Shown here in pieces: positions 37,235 to 45,973 of a DNA stretch of 64,000 nt. Every line of letters begins with the position of its first letter. Position 1 is the stretch's first letter. Source of the stretch: Bdellovibrionia bacterium. Its GTDB lineage: Bacteria > Bdellovibrionota > Bdellovibrionia > Bdellovibrionales > JAGQZY01. The translations under genes were made by a program, and so were the position numbers. The notes under the pieces are model-generated. The model had not been told where the DNA came from. It did no database searches and saw only the letters and a list, made by a program, of their open reading frames with translations. The DNA is taken from positions 515,758 to 579,757 of the forward strand of contig JAUICP010000003.1 of the NCBI GenBank assembly GCA_030427805.1, written 5' to 3'.

Positions 37235-40209
37235 CTTCCACCTCTTTTCAACTCAGCTCTTCGTGAGTCGAGAAAAGCAACCATTAATTCTCCACCGGCT
37301 TTTTCTTCAAGCTCCCTGAGGTCCGCCATTCGAGAGCGACTGAAGGGATCATTCTTGAGACGATTTCTGGCAGCGAGGATTTCCCGGCGACGAGGAACGT
37401 CCTCTTTTGAAGAAATAACTCGGTTAATCTTAAATCTCTTCCAACGGCTCGCATAGGAAGCCAGCTCTTTGAGCTCTTGAGCGACAAGACCACGAACTGG
37501 TTGCTCTAGCTTTCGATAATTATCATAGAATCGCTCTTGAACCGCTGACTGCCCCCAAAATTCATCCAGCTTCTTTTTAGAAACATCGGCCACCTTTTTG
37601 TATTGAGCAGCTCTTTGATTAAGGAGAGCTTTATACTGTTGTCTTTGCGCCTGATTGAGGCCAGCTGGCGTCGGAAGTCTTAGCAATTCGGCATAGAGTC
37701 TTTCATTCTGCTGGGCAATTACTGAGAGGGTCATGATCTGGAGACTCCAGTCATTCATACGACTCGCCTTCAGCAAGTATTGCTCCGCCTCTCCTAAAAG
37801 ACCAATTCGTTTCTGTAATGAGTTTTGCAAAAGGCGGTCACTCTGAGAGCGAATTCTATGTTTTGCAAGGCGCGATCTAAAGCTTCTAAAATCTCTAAGA
37901 AAAAGTTGCTTATTTAAAACTTTTCCTGCAGGAGTCTTTGCCACATTCCAAGACTTCAAAACCTTCTCTGCCCGGCCATAATTTTTATACTTAGAAAAGG
38001 TCCAAAGTGCAATCTCGCCAAGTAAGTCCGGAGTCGATCTTAGCTTACTCATTTCTTTGTCGATACCCGCCCACGGATAACGAGATTGCTTAATAAGTTT
38101 GATGCGAATTTCGTTGGCTCTTCTACGGCTATTGGTTGCATCGATAAATTCTTCGTAGTGACGACGAGATGGCTTACCCGAGAGTTCAGCGTACATCGCC
38201 ATCTTAAGAGCCTTTTGATCTTTCTTAAGTCTTCTCAAATCCATTTTTTTAAGAAGATTGTAGGCAGTGCCGAAATCAAGCTTCATTTCGGCAACAAATA
38301 ATTGCCTCCCGAGAGCAAACTGAACGTCGGGTGCAGAAACACCCTTCAGATTGATAATCGCTTGGGCCGAACGCCAAATTTCATTGAGATCCTCGAGTCG
38401 CTCGGCCAAAATAATTCTATTTTTGTATATGGCAACTTGCTCTTCGTGGCTCGACTTAACGAGCGGAATGGCCTTTAGCTTTTTCAACTGCTTGCGGTAC
38501 TCTGAATCATCTTTCTTTGAAATGGTTTTCTTACTTTGGTTGAGCACCGAAGTACGAGCAATTTTCGCATATTCTGCTCGACGAGAGGGAAGAGCCGCTG
38601 AAAATTGAATGGACCATTTCTCAATGTTTTCGTGATCCTTCATTAAAACAAGAGAATCAAGAGCCAAATCCGCTGACTTTTCACGTGTTGACTTATTCAC
38701 TCTCTTATCGAGAGCTAAAAATCTGAAGAGTTCAGCCGACATTTTATAAGACTTCTGTTCATAGAAGACCATGGCTTTTTGATACTTCACATCGTTAACT
38801 GTCGACCCTCTAGGGTTGTAAGTTAGATAATGATCGTATGCTTTGAGACGAAGCTTAGGGTTCTTAGTTCCTTCAGCCATTTCGATCTCACCCAGAAGAG
38901 CTCCTTCAAAAATAGTACGGAGTACTTTTGAGTTTTTACTATCACCCGCTTTTAGTTGTTTATAGGCTTCAACCGAACTCTGTCGATAAAGAGAGTAACC
39001 GGCATCAAATTGATTGAGATCTCTGGCAACTAAAGCTCCCCAGTAAACCATTTCAACATCGCGAGGAAAAGTTGTTATATAAGCCTGGTAAGCTCTCAAT
39101 AAGTTGAGACTTACTTTTTTCTTCTCTATTTGGTTCCAGTCAGTCACCATTTTGCGGTAACGCTTTCTAATCAGGTCGCACTCCGCCGCCTCTTTACAGC
39201 CGTGAGATTTCCACTGAGCTAAACCTTTACCCATTTCTTTGACGGCACTCGACTTTCTGTTCGTATCCAAAAGAAGTCTTGCAAGGCGTGCATGTCCGTC
39301 AAGACGGGTTTGATGGGGGATTTTATTACTTAAAAGAACTGTCCAAACGCTGATCGCGGCGTACTTCTTACCGAGTCGATCTACTTCGACGGCTAGGTAA
39401 TTGAGGTTTTCTAATTGATTTCTTCGAGGACTGTACTCGGAGAGAATTTGGATTTCTGACTGTCCGACTCTTCCCTTAGCTAAAAAAGTGGCTAGGTCTC
39501 TGGCCACATCCTCATGGAAAGAAGCATCGATAGCTCCTGAACCATCAAGATCTAAATAGGACGGATTTCTAAGAATAGAAATCAGTCTTTGTTTAGCAGG
39601 TCTGAGTCGACCAAGGTTAAATAAACACCACGCGCTTCGGTAGTGAGAGTATCCCTTCCTGGGAAGAACTGGATATTTTAAACTTTGTGTATAGTGATTG
39701 AGAGCCTGAGAAAAACTTCTTTGCTGAAATTTTAGATCTCCGAGCGCCACATGAGTTCGTGCAACGAGTAGTTTTCCGTGACGACGGACGCCTTGCTTAA
39801 CAAGACGCTTGTACAGCGCTTCACCTGATCGCAATCGACCGACTGCAATGTTGAGGTGAGCCATTTGAAGCAGGATTTTTCCTTCTAAGTTTCTATTTGA
39901 TCCCCGATACGCTTTTTCATAGTAAGATAAAGCCTTTAATCGATCTGCTTTAACTCCACCACAATTTTTACAGCCCTTTTCATGCTGTCTTATTATCTTT
40001 AATCGAGCTCGCTCGGCATAAAGGTCACCAAGCCTGAGAGTAATCGCCGAGACTTTGATGTCACTGGCCGATTTCTCACTGAGCACTCCTTCTAACTTTC
40101 GAATAACGATTGTCGTTGTATCGATATCCATTTTCTCTGCAAGCGCATTTTGCGAGGCAAAGATTTGGAGTGTTATTAGAATGACGAGGCTTAGTATCCA
40201 CTTTTTCAT
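37231..40209 (-). CDS. large periplasmic TPR-repeat protein (GltD/GltE-like)
   Basis: 992 aa with a signal peptide and many TPR-like repeats (e.g. ALSYYEKAYRGS, ALNHYTQSLKY). Confidence 0.65.
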   Translation of the reverse strand: MKKWILSLVILITLQIFASQNALAEKMDIDTTTIVIRKLEGVLSEKSASDIKVSAITLRLGDLYAERARLKIIRQHEKGCKNCGGVKADRLKALSYYEKAYRGSNRNLEGKILLQMAHLNIAVGRLRSGEALYKRLVKQGVRRHGKLLVARTHVALGDLKFQQRSFSQALNHYTQSLKYPVLPRKGYSHYRSAWCLFNLGRLRPAKQRLISILRNPSYLDLDGSGAIDASFHEDVARDLATFLAKGRVGQSEIQILSEYSPRRNQLENLNYLAVEVDRLGKKYAAISVWTVLLSNKIPHQTRLDGHARLARLLLDTNRKSSAVKEMGKGLAQWKSHGCKEAAECDLIRKRYRKMVTDWNQIEKKKVSLNLLRAYQAYITTFPRDVEMVYWGALVARDLNQFDAGYSLYRQSSVEAYKQLKAGDSKNSKVLRTIFEGALLGEIEMAEGTKNPKLRLKAYDHYLTYNPRGSTVNDVKYQKAMVFYEQKSYKMSAELFRFLALDKRVNKSTREKSADLALDSLVLMKDHENIEKWSIQFSAALPSRRAEYAKIARTSVLNQSKKTISKKDDSEYRKQLKKLKAIPLVKSSHEEQVAIYKNRIILAERLEDLNEIWRSAQAIINLKGVSAPDVQFALGRQLFVAEMKLDFGTAYNLLKKMDLRRLKKDQKALKMAMYAELSGKPSRRHYEEFIDATNSRRRANEIRIKLIKQSRYPWAGIDKEMSKLRSTPDLLGEIALWTFSKYKNYGRAEKVLKSWNVAKTPAGKVLNKQLFLRDFRSFRSRLAKHRIRSQSDRLLQNSLQKRIGLLGEAEQYLLKASRMNDWSLQIMTLSVIAQQNERLYAELLRLPTPAGLNQAQRQQYKALLNQRAAQYKKVADVSKKKLDEFWGQSAVQERFYDNYRKLEQPVRGLVAQELKELASYASRWKRFKINRVISSKEDVPRRREILAARNRLKNDPFSRSRMADLRELEEKAGGELMVAFLDSRRAELKRGGR

Positions 40210-40700
40210 AGTCCTTCACCACTTTGAATGACTGCAAATTTAAATTTATTAAAACCAGCTTGAGTCGCCGCCAAAATAATGGGGTTGATCGCGGGGTAAG
40301 TCATTTTGCGATCCGCTTGAATAACAAGAGGCTTTGTCTTTTCGCTCTCGTCAAGTCCCTCGGCGATGGTCTCAAACTCTTTTTGAAGTTGGCGTCGATC
40401 AATCTCTTTGTCCGCGACAAAGACCTTCGACTTTTCAATTCGAACTGTGGTCGCTGGTTTCAGAGAAATACTCTGACTGGCCTTTGGCAACTCCATATTG
40501 TGAATATTGAGAGTCTCAGGATTGTTACTCGTATTCAACAAAAGGTAAATCACGAGAATCGAGAACGCATCAACCAATGATGTTAGTGTCAAAGTCATCG
40601 CTAAATTCTTTTTGAAAGAACGGGACTTCGACTTAATCATGGACTGACTACTCGTCAGCTTCTCCATCAACCCAGAATCTATATATCTACTTTTAAACAC
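40206..40700 (-). CDS. ExbD/TolR-family protein (AglQ/AglS-like)
   Basis: N-terminal TM segment LTSLVDAFSILVIYLLL with the conserved Asp. Periplasmic domain ...PLVIQADRKMTYPAINPIILAATQAGF. Confidence 0.8.
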   Translation of the reverse strand: MFKSRYIDSGLMEKLTSSQSMIKSKSRSFKKNLAMTLTLTSLVDAFSILVIYLLLNTSNNPETLNIHNMELPKASQSISLKPATTVRIEKSKVFVADKEIDRRQLQKEFETIAEGLDESEKTKPLVIQADRKMTYPAINPIILAATQAGFNKFKFAVIQSGEGL

Positions 40701-40722
40701 CCTAGACTCCCTTTTTTAGCCT

Positions 40723-41181
40723 CTAAAGCGGGGCTATCCCTATATTCTTTAGACCCGTTCCCTTGAGTCCATCCATCATTTTGATCATCTGTTCGTAGGA
40801 AGTTAACTTCCCTGGCAAAATCAAAGCTGTTTCTATCTGTGGGTAACTTTCTTTAATCTGTGCCACATAACTCGCAATTCGCTCCCACTGGGGCTCATTG
40901 CGATCAGCTAAGAAGTTTACTTCCCGCAAACGAGAAGGCACACCGTCGATGTCTTTAAGCATGATTCGAACCTCACCACGAGATTCAAACTTGGCCCATA
41001 TCGTTGGTGGATTTTCTTTTCCATTTTGCGTTTCATTACCTAGAGCTTGATCAACATCCATCGTTCCGATGTTAATCCAAACTGCTGTTAGGAGCAGAAA
41101 AGAGATAAGTACTGCTAAAAGCGAAATTACTGGTAGCAAATTGACTTCAAAATTCAGTTCTTTTTCTTGATCATTATTCAT
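40723..41181 (-). CDS. ExbD/TolR-family protein (AglQ/AglS-like)
   Basis: The TM segment VNLLPVISLLAVLISFLLL has no Asp, unlike the paralogue. C-terminal ALILPGKLTSYEQMIKMMDGLKGTG. Confidence 0.78.
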   Translation of the reverse strand: MNNDQEKELNFEVNLLPVISLLAVLISFLLLTAVWINIGTMDVDQALGNETQNGKENPPTIWAKFESRGEVRIMLKDIDGVPSRLREVNFLADRNEPQWERIASYVAQIKESYPQIETALILPGKLTSYEQMIKMMDGLKGTGLKNIGIAPL

Positions 41182-41212
41182 GATTCCTCCCTACTCCTAT
41201 AACAATCAGCTA

Positions 41213-41896
41213 CTAGGCTTTTTTCTTGCTCATAGGAACAACATTGTCATAACGGAAGCTCAACCAATTATAGAGGCGAAGCGCACCCTGACCGAGATCT
41301 TCTAAAAGCGTATTCGTACGATTTTGAAGAACTGAGTACATAAACAAAGTTGGGATGGCCATGATAAGACCATAAGCAGTTGTGTACATAGCCATTGAGA
41401 TACCACTAGTTAGAGCGGCAGCTTTCTCAATAGGATCAAGACCAGCAACAGAACCGAAAGCCTGAATAAGACCAACAATTGTTCCGAGAAGACCTAGAAG
41501 TGTACCAACGTTACCAAGCATAGCGAGAAAACCAGTTCGCTTCTCAAGAGCTACTTTTTCGTCGAGAAGTACTTCGTCGATTCGAACTTGAATTTCTTCT
41601 TTGCCGCCAAGGTCTTTAGCTGCTTGTGATCCAGCTAAGGCGATTTGTGAAATTGGATTTGATTGACCAATTGAATGAGCTCGAGATTGAACGGCATCCA
41701 AACGACCATTTTTAATATCAGCTTCAAAAGCATGAGCTAATCGTTTTTGCCCTACTTTTTTAACTCCATATAAATAAACAACTCTTTCGATAATGATTGC
41801 AGTGGCCATGATCTGAACACCTAAAATTGCCCACATCCAAATTCCCCCTTGGGAGAAAGCCTCTGAAAAACTTGAAAAGAAACCCACAGATTCCAT
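41213..41896 (-). CDS. MotA/TolQ/ExbB-family proton channel (AglR-like)
   Basis: Three TM helices. LGNVGTLLGLLGTIVGLIQAF and TTAYGLIMAIP are channel motifs. Start moved to Met36 (GGAG RBS). Confidence 0.85.
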   Translation of the reverse strand: MESVGFFSSFSEAFSQGGIWMWAILGVQIMATAIIIERVVYLYGVKKVGQKRLAHAFEADIKNGRLDAVQSRAHSIGQSNPISQIALAGSQAAKDLGGKEEIQVRIDEVLLDEKVALEKRTGFLAMLGNVGTLLGLLGTIVGLIQAFGSVAGLDPIEKAAALTSGISMAMYTTAYGLIMAIPTLFMYSVLQNRTNTLLEDLGQGALRLYNWLSFRYDNVVPMSKKKA

Positions 41897-42193
41897 AACA
41901 CGCTCCAATGATTTTTTAATAACCCTAATAAAACTAATCAGTCTTAAGTGACCGAACAGCTGGACTGTATCGCAAGCTATGTGCCAGGGCTCTCGGGCCA
42001 CTCATTTGTAAACAAGCAAAGGTTCAATAAAATTTTTTCACTAAGGGAGCCCCTCAGGGTTCATATATTGGGGGGTGACAAACTTGCGCATAGCGTTTTG
42101 TAAGAAGTGCAATTTGACTGTTTAGTTATTACCTAAGGCTCAAATTGATTGGGTTCGTTCTCGACACTTAAGAAGATAAAATCCGTCTTCAAT

Positions 42194-43816
42194 TTACTGG
42201 TCGAGGGACTCGAGTTCTTGAATCGAAGGAGGCCCAAATCGTTCGGGCAATGCAAGACGGTAATCTTTTCTAAGCTCTACTGGCCACTTATACATGTTAG
42301 TTAAGTCCAAGAAAAAATTAGGTTTTAAAGGCGGATAGATTTCTGAGAAATTCATTATCGTTCCTCGGTCCATCCGGCGCTTAATATCGCCCCTTTGCAG
42401 CTGGCCAGGAGAGCTGTACCCCATTGAACCTAAAAGCTCAGCAAAAGCCGTTACGATTTCTTTTTGATATTTGGCCACTCTCTTGCTCTTATCTTCGACA
42501 TTTAATCCGCGAACCAAACTCTCTTTTGTTGTGGCTACCCCGACGGGACAAGCATTGGTATTACAGCGTAAGGCCTGAATGCAACCGAGGGCTAACATCA
42601 TTCCTCTGGCGGAAACACAGATATCAGCACCCAAGGCTAACTTAGTTACGATATCGAACCCATTAAAAATCTTGCCCGAAGCAATGATTTTGATGTCATC
42701 TCTAATTCCAAAGCCAACGAGGGCATCGTGAACGAAGGCAATAGCGTCATTCAGAGGCATTCCAACGAAGTTTGTAAACTCTAAGGGCGCAGCCCCCGTC
42801 CCACCTTCGGCACCATCGACAGTGATAAAATCAGGACGAATTGCCGTTCTCACCATGGCCTTGCAAAGGGCAAAGAAGTCACTCCTTGCGCCAATACATA
42901 GTTTGATGCCCACGGGCTTTCCCCCAGATAGCTTTCTTAGAAGACGAACAAACTTTAAAAGTTCAATGGGAGTGTCAAAAGCAGTGTGGGCCGAAGGAGA
43001 GAGTACGTCTTTTCCCTTGGGAACTTCTCGAATCCTAGCGATTTCATCGGTGACTTTTGCTGCGGGCAAAATACCGCCGTGTCCGGGCTTTGCCCCTTGA
43101 CTGAGTTTAACCTCAATCATTTTTACGGCGTCTTTTTTGGCCTTGGATTCAAAGAGATCGGGGTTAAACCGCCCCTCCTCATCGCGACAGCCAAAGTAGC
43201 CCGTGCCTATTTGCCAAACGAGATCGCCACCCTGTTCGTGGTAGGGCGATATCCCTCCCTCTCCAGTATTGTGAAAAAAACCACCTTCTTTTGCCCCTTT
43301 GTTCAGGGCCATAACAGCATTTTTCGAAAGAGACCCGTAAGACATGGCAGAGATGTTAAAAACTGAAGAGGAATAGGTCTGCAAAGTGTCTTTGCCACCG
43401 ATCGTGACCCGCAAAATTCGCGGGTCTATGTGTTGGGGTTTGAGCGAGTGGTAGACCCACTCTTTTCCATTTTCACTGAGATCGTGAAGAGTCCCAAAGG
43501 GTACCGTTTGTAAATCCCCTTTTGCCCTTTGATAAATACTTGATCTCGTTTCTCTTGAAATTGGTTTTCCATCTGTATCTGACTCGACAAAATATTGCTG
43601 AATTTCTGGTCGAACCATTTCAAAAAGAAACCTAAAGTGTCCAATCACAGGAAAGTTTCTTGTGACCGCATGATTTTTTTGACTCAAATCGTGAACGCCC
43701 AGTGAAAATAAAAAGAGCACAAATATACCGACGGGCCAGCTGACGAGGTCGAGAAATATGGCCCCTGCAGTGAGCAATAGGATGACAGTCGAGATGATGA
43801 AAAACTCTTTGCGCAT
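42194..43816 (-). CDS. membrane-anchored FMN-binding glutamate synthase-family protein (GltB domain-2-like)
   Basis: N-terminal TM helices. ISAMSYGSLS, NTGEGG, KLSQGAKPGHGGILP, DGAEGGTGAAP. Confidence 0.85.
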   Translation of the reverse strand: MRKEFFIISTVILLLTAGAIFLDLVSWPVGIFVLFLFSLGVHDLSQKNHAVTRNFPVIGHFRFLFEMVRPEIQQYFVESDTDGKPISRETRSSIYQRAKGDLQTVPFGTLHDLSENGKEWVYHSLKPQHIDPRILRVTIGGKDTLQTYSSSVFNISAMSYGSLSKNAVMALNKGAKEGGFFHNTGEGGISPYHEQGGDLVWQIGTGYFGCRDEEGRFNPDLFESKAKKDAVKMIEVKLSQGAKPGHGGILPAAKVTDEIARIREVPKGKDVLSPSAHTAFDTPIELLKFVRLLRKLSGGKPVGIKLCIGARSDFFALCKAMVRTAIRPDFITVDGAEGGTGAAPLEFTNFVGMPLNDAIAFVHDALVGFGIRDDIKIIASGKIFNGFDIVTKLALGADICVSARGMMLALGCIQALRCNTNACPVGVATTKESLVRGLNVEDKSKRVAKYQKEIVTAFAELLGSMGYSSPGQLQRGDIKRRMDRGTIMNFSEIYPPLKPNFFLDLTNMYKWPVELRKDYRLALPERFGPPSIQELESLDQ

Positions 43817-43888
43817 AGATAATTTATCGGAATTATTGAAAAAGAGTTCATCAAAAATGACTTCGTAGACATCAAATTTTACTTTAGT

Positions 43889-44971
43889 CTATTCGATTTC
43901 GAACTTGAGTTGGGACCGCCTGATTTCATAGTCCTCGATACTCATTAAACGGACACCAATTCCTATGAGGCGAAAGGACCTCTCGCCCCGGGCGTAGGCG
44001 TGCTCTAGTAAGTCTTGATACGACTTTAGGCTCGGTAGCTCAGCGTTTTTTTCTTCGTGGGTGGTCGTTTGAAAATCATGAAACTTGAGCTTTACGAACT
44101 GTCCCGAAATTCGATTTTTAACTCCAGATTTTTCGAGGCGCCTCAGAAATTCCTCATAAATCTTAGGTAGCTCTTCTTTGACATCACTCAAAGTCCCTTT
44201 ATCTTCAAAAAAAGTGCGCTCCACCGATAGGGACTTTCTTTCGGAACTCGTTTCTACAGGACGGTTATCGACTCCTCGGGCATAATTATATAGAGCGGCA
44301 CCCCATTTTCCAAACCTCCGCACAAGTTCTTCTTTTTCAAACCCCTGCAAATCACCACATGTTTTTATACCCAAATCTTTGAGGCGTCCCTCCATGACTT
44401 TTCCAACCCCAGAAATCTTTTTTACAGGAAGGGAGACCACAAAATCGCTCACTTGGTCGGGAGTAATCACCATGAGACCATTGGGTTTCCTCCAATCACT
44501 AGCTACTTTCGCTAAGAACTTATTGGGCGCGACCCCCGCAGAAGCGGTCAGCTGGGTCTCTTCATAGATTCTTTGTTTTATTTCTTTTGCAATGAGGGTC
44601 GCACTTCCTGAATGAAGACTGAGTCCAGTAACATCGAGATAGGCTTCATCCAAAGAAAGGGGTTGGATGACCTCCGTATACTCTCTAAAAATACTTCGAA
44701 TCTTCTGGCTTTCTTCTTTGTACCTCTCGAAATGCGGCTTAACGATAATTAAATCTTTACAAAGTTCAAGGGCCCTGTGAGTCGGCATCGCCGAGCGCAC
44801 TCCAAACTTTCTGGCTTCGTAGGATGCCGTGGTTAAAACTCCCCGTCCTGAGGTTCCACCCACAGCAATAGGTAATCCCTTCAAGCTCGGGTCGTCTTTT
44901 ACCTCAACTGCTGCATAAAAGCAGTCCATGTCTATGTGAATGATTTTTCTAGGCAGATTTTGTGAACTCAT
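43889..44971 (-). CDS. dinB: DNA polymerase IV
   Basis: IIHIDMDCFYAAVE, SLDEAYLDVT, the Y-family palm motifs. Confidence 0.95.
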   Translation of the reverse strand: MSSQNLPRKIIHIDMDCFYAAVEVKDDPSLKGLPIAVGGTSGRGVLTTASYEARKFGVRSAMPTHRALELCKDLIIVKPHFERYKEESQKIRSIFREYTEVIQPLSLDEAYLDVTGLSLHSGSATLIAKEIKQRIYEETQLTASAGVAPNKFLAKVASDWRKPNGLMVITPDQVSDFVVSLPVKKISGVGKVMEGRLKDLGIKTCGDLQGFEKEELVRRFGKWGAALYNYARGVDNRPVETSSERKSLSVERTFFEDKGTLSDVKEELPKIYEEFLRRLEKSGVKNRISGQFVKLKFHDFQTTTHEEKNAELPSLKSYQDLLEHAYARGERSFRLIGIGVRLMSIEDYEIRRSQLKFEIE

Positions 44972-44985
44972 GTAAGTTGACCCCG

Positions 44986-45942
44986 ATGAAATTTCACCAA
45001 AGACTGTTTGAGCGCTTTACCGAAAAGCAATTGGGCATTTTAGCCGCTGCGACGACCGCATTCTGCTGGTCATTCCTTGCTATTATTCTCAAGGTAGCGC
45101 TTAATTTCACAGACTCTTATACCATCGTTTTCTATAGAATGGCATTTGCAGCCCTTTTTATGCTCATGATTGGATTTTTTTGGCAACGAGATTTGTTGAA
45201 AATTCTAAAACATTGGCCAAAGTGGGTCATTGTTGCCGGCTTGGGGCTCGGCGGAAATTATCTCGGTTACATGAAAGGAGTGGAACTCACTTCTCCGAGC
45301 AACGCTCAGGTTTTTATCCAATTGGCCCCCCTATCTCTATTAATTAGTGGAATTCTCTTTTTTAAAGAAAGACCCCTCTGGCATCAGTACATCGGAATTC
45401 TCGTGACCGTATTCGGGTTCTCTTTGTTTTTTAAGGATCAGGCTGGCAACGGATCCAATGAATGGGACGCTTATATCTCGGGCCAAACTTGGATATTCTT
45501 TGCGGCCATCACTTGGGCTCTGTTCGCCAGTATTCAAAAGTTCGAAAGCAAGAGGTGGACCTTAGGCCAGCTCAATTTAATGATTTGGCTCGTTGCAAGT
45601 TTACTCCTCTCACCCGGGGTTTCTTGGGTGCCTTTGACTGAGATCTCTTTGACGGGCCATCTTGTTCTCGCTTTTTTAGGTCTTAATACAATTATTGCCT
45701 ACGGTTGTTTTTCATATGCCCTTAAAACTCTTCCCGCGACCCAGGTGTCGCCGATTATTACTCTGAATCCACTACTAACCCTTCTGTTCATGAACGTACT
45801 CAGCCTGTTTGAGTTCTCTTGGCTTGCTCCAGAAAAGGTCACATTTCTTGGGTATTTTGGCGCTCTTTTAGTCGTTTCAGGTGTAATCCTAGCAGTTCGC
45901 TCTAGACCCCTATCTTTTAGTCTAAAAAAGACTTCAACTTGA
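44986..45942 (+). CDS. EamA/DMT-family transporter
   Basis: About 10 TM helices in two EamA-like halves. I prefer the ATG at 44986 over the GTG at 44962, which would overlap the divergent dinB start. Confidence 0.75.
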   Translation: MKFHQRLFERFTEKQLGILAAATTAFCWSFLAIILKVALNFTDSYTIVFYRMAFAALFMLMIGFFWQRDLLKILKHWPKWVIVAGLGLGGNYLGYMKGVELTSPSNAQVFIQLAPLSLLISGILFFKERPLWHQYIGILVTVFGFSLFFKDQAGNGSNEWDAYISGQTWIFFAAITWALFASIQKFESKRWTLGQLNLMIWLVASLLLSPGVSWVPLTEISLTGHLVLAFLGLNTIIAYGCFSYALKTLPATQVSPIITLNPLLTLLFMNVLSLFEFSWLAPEKVTFLGYFGALLVVSGVILAVRSRPLSFSLKKTST

Positions 45943-45973
45943 GTCGTAAAAAGAGATTCTATATACTTTAGTT

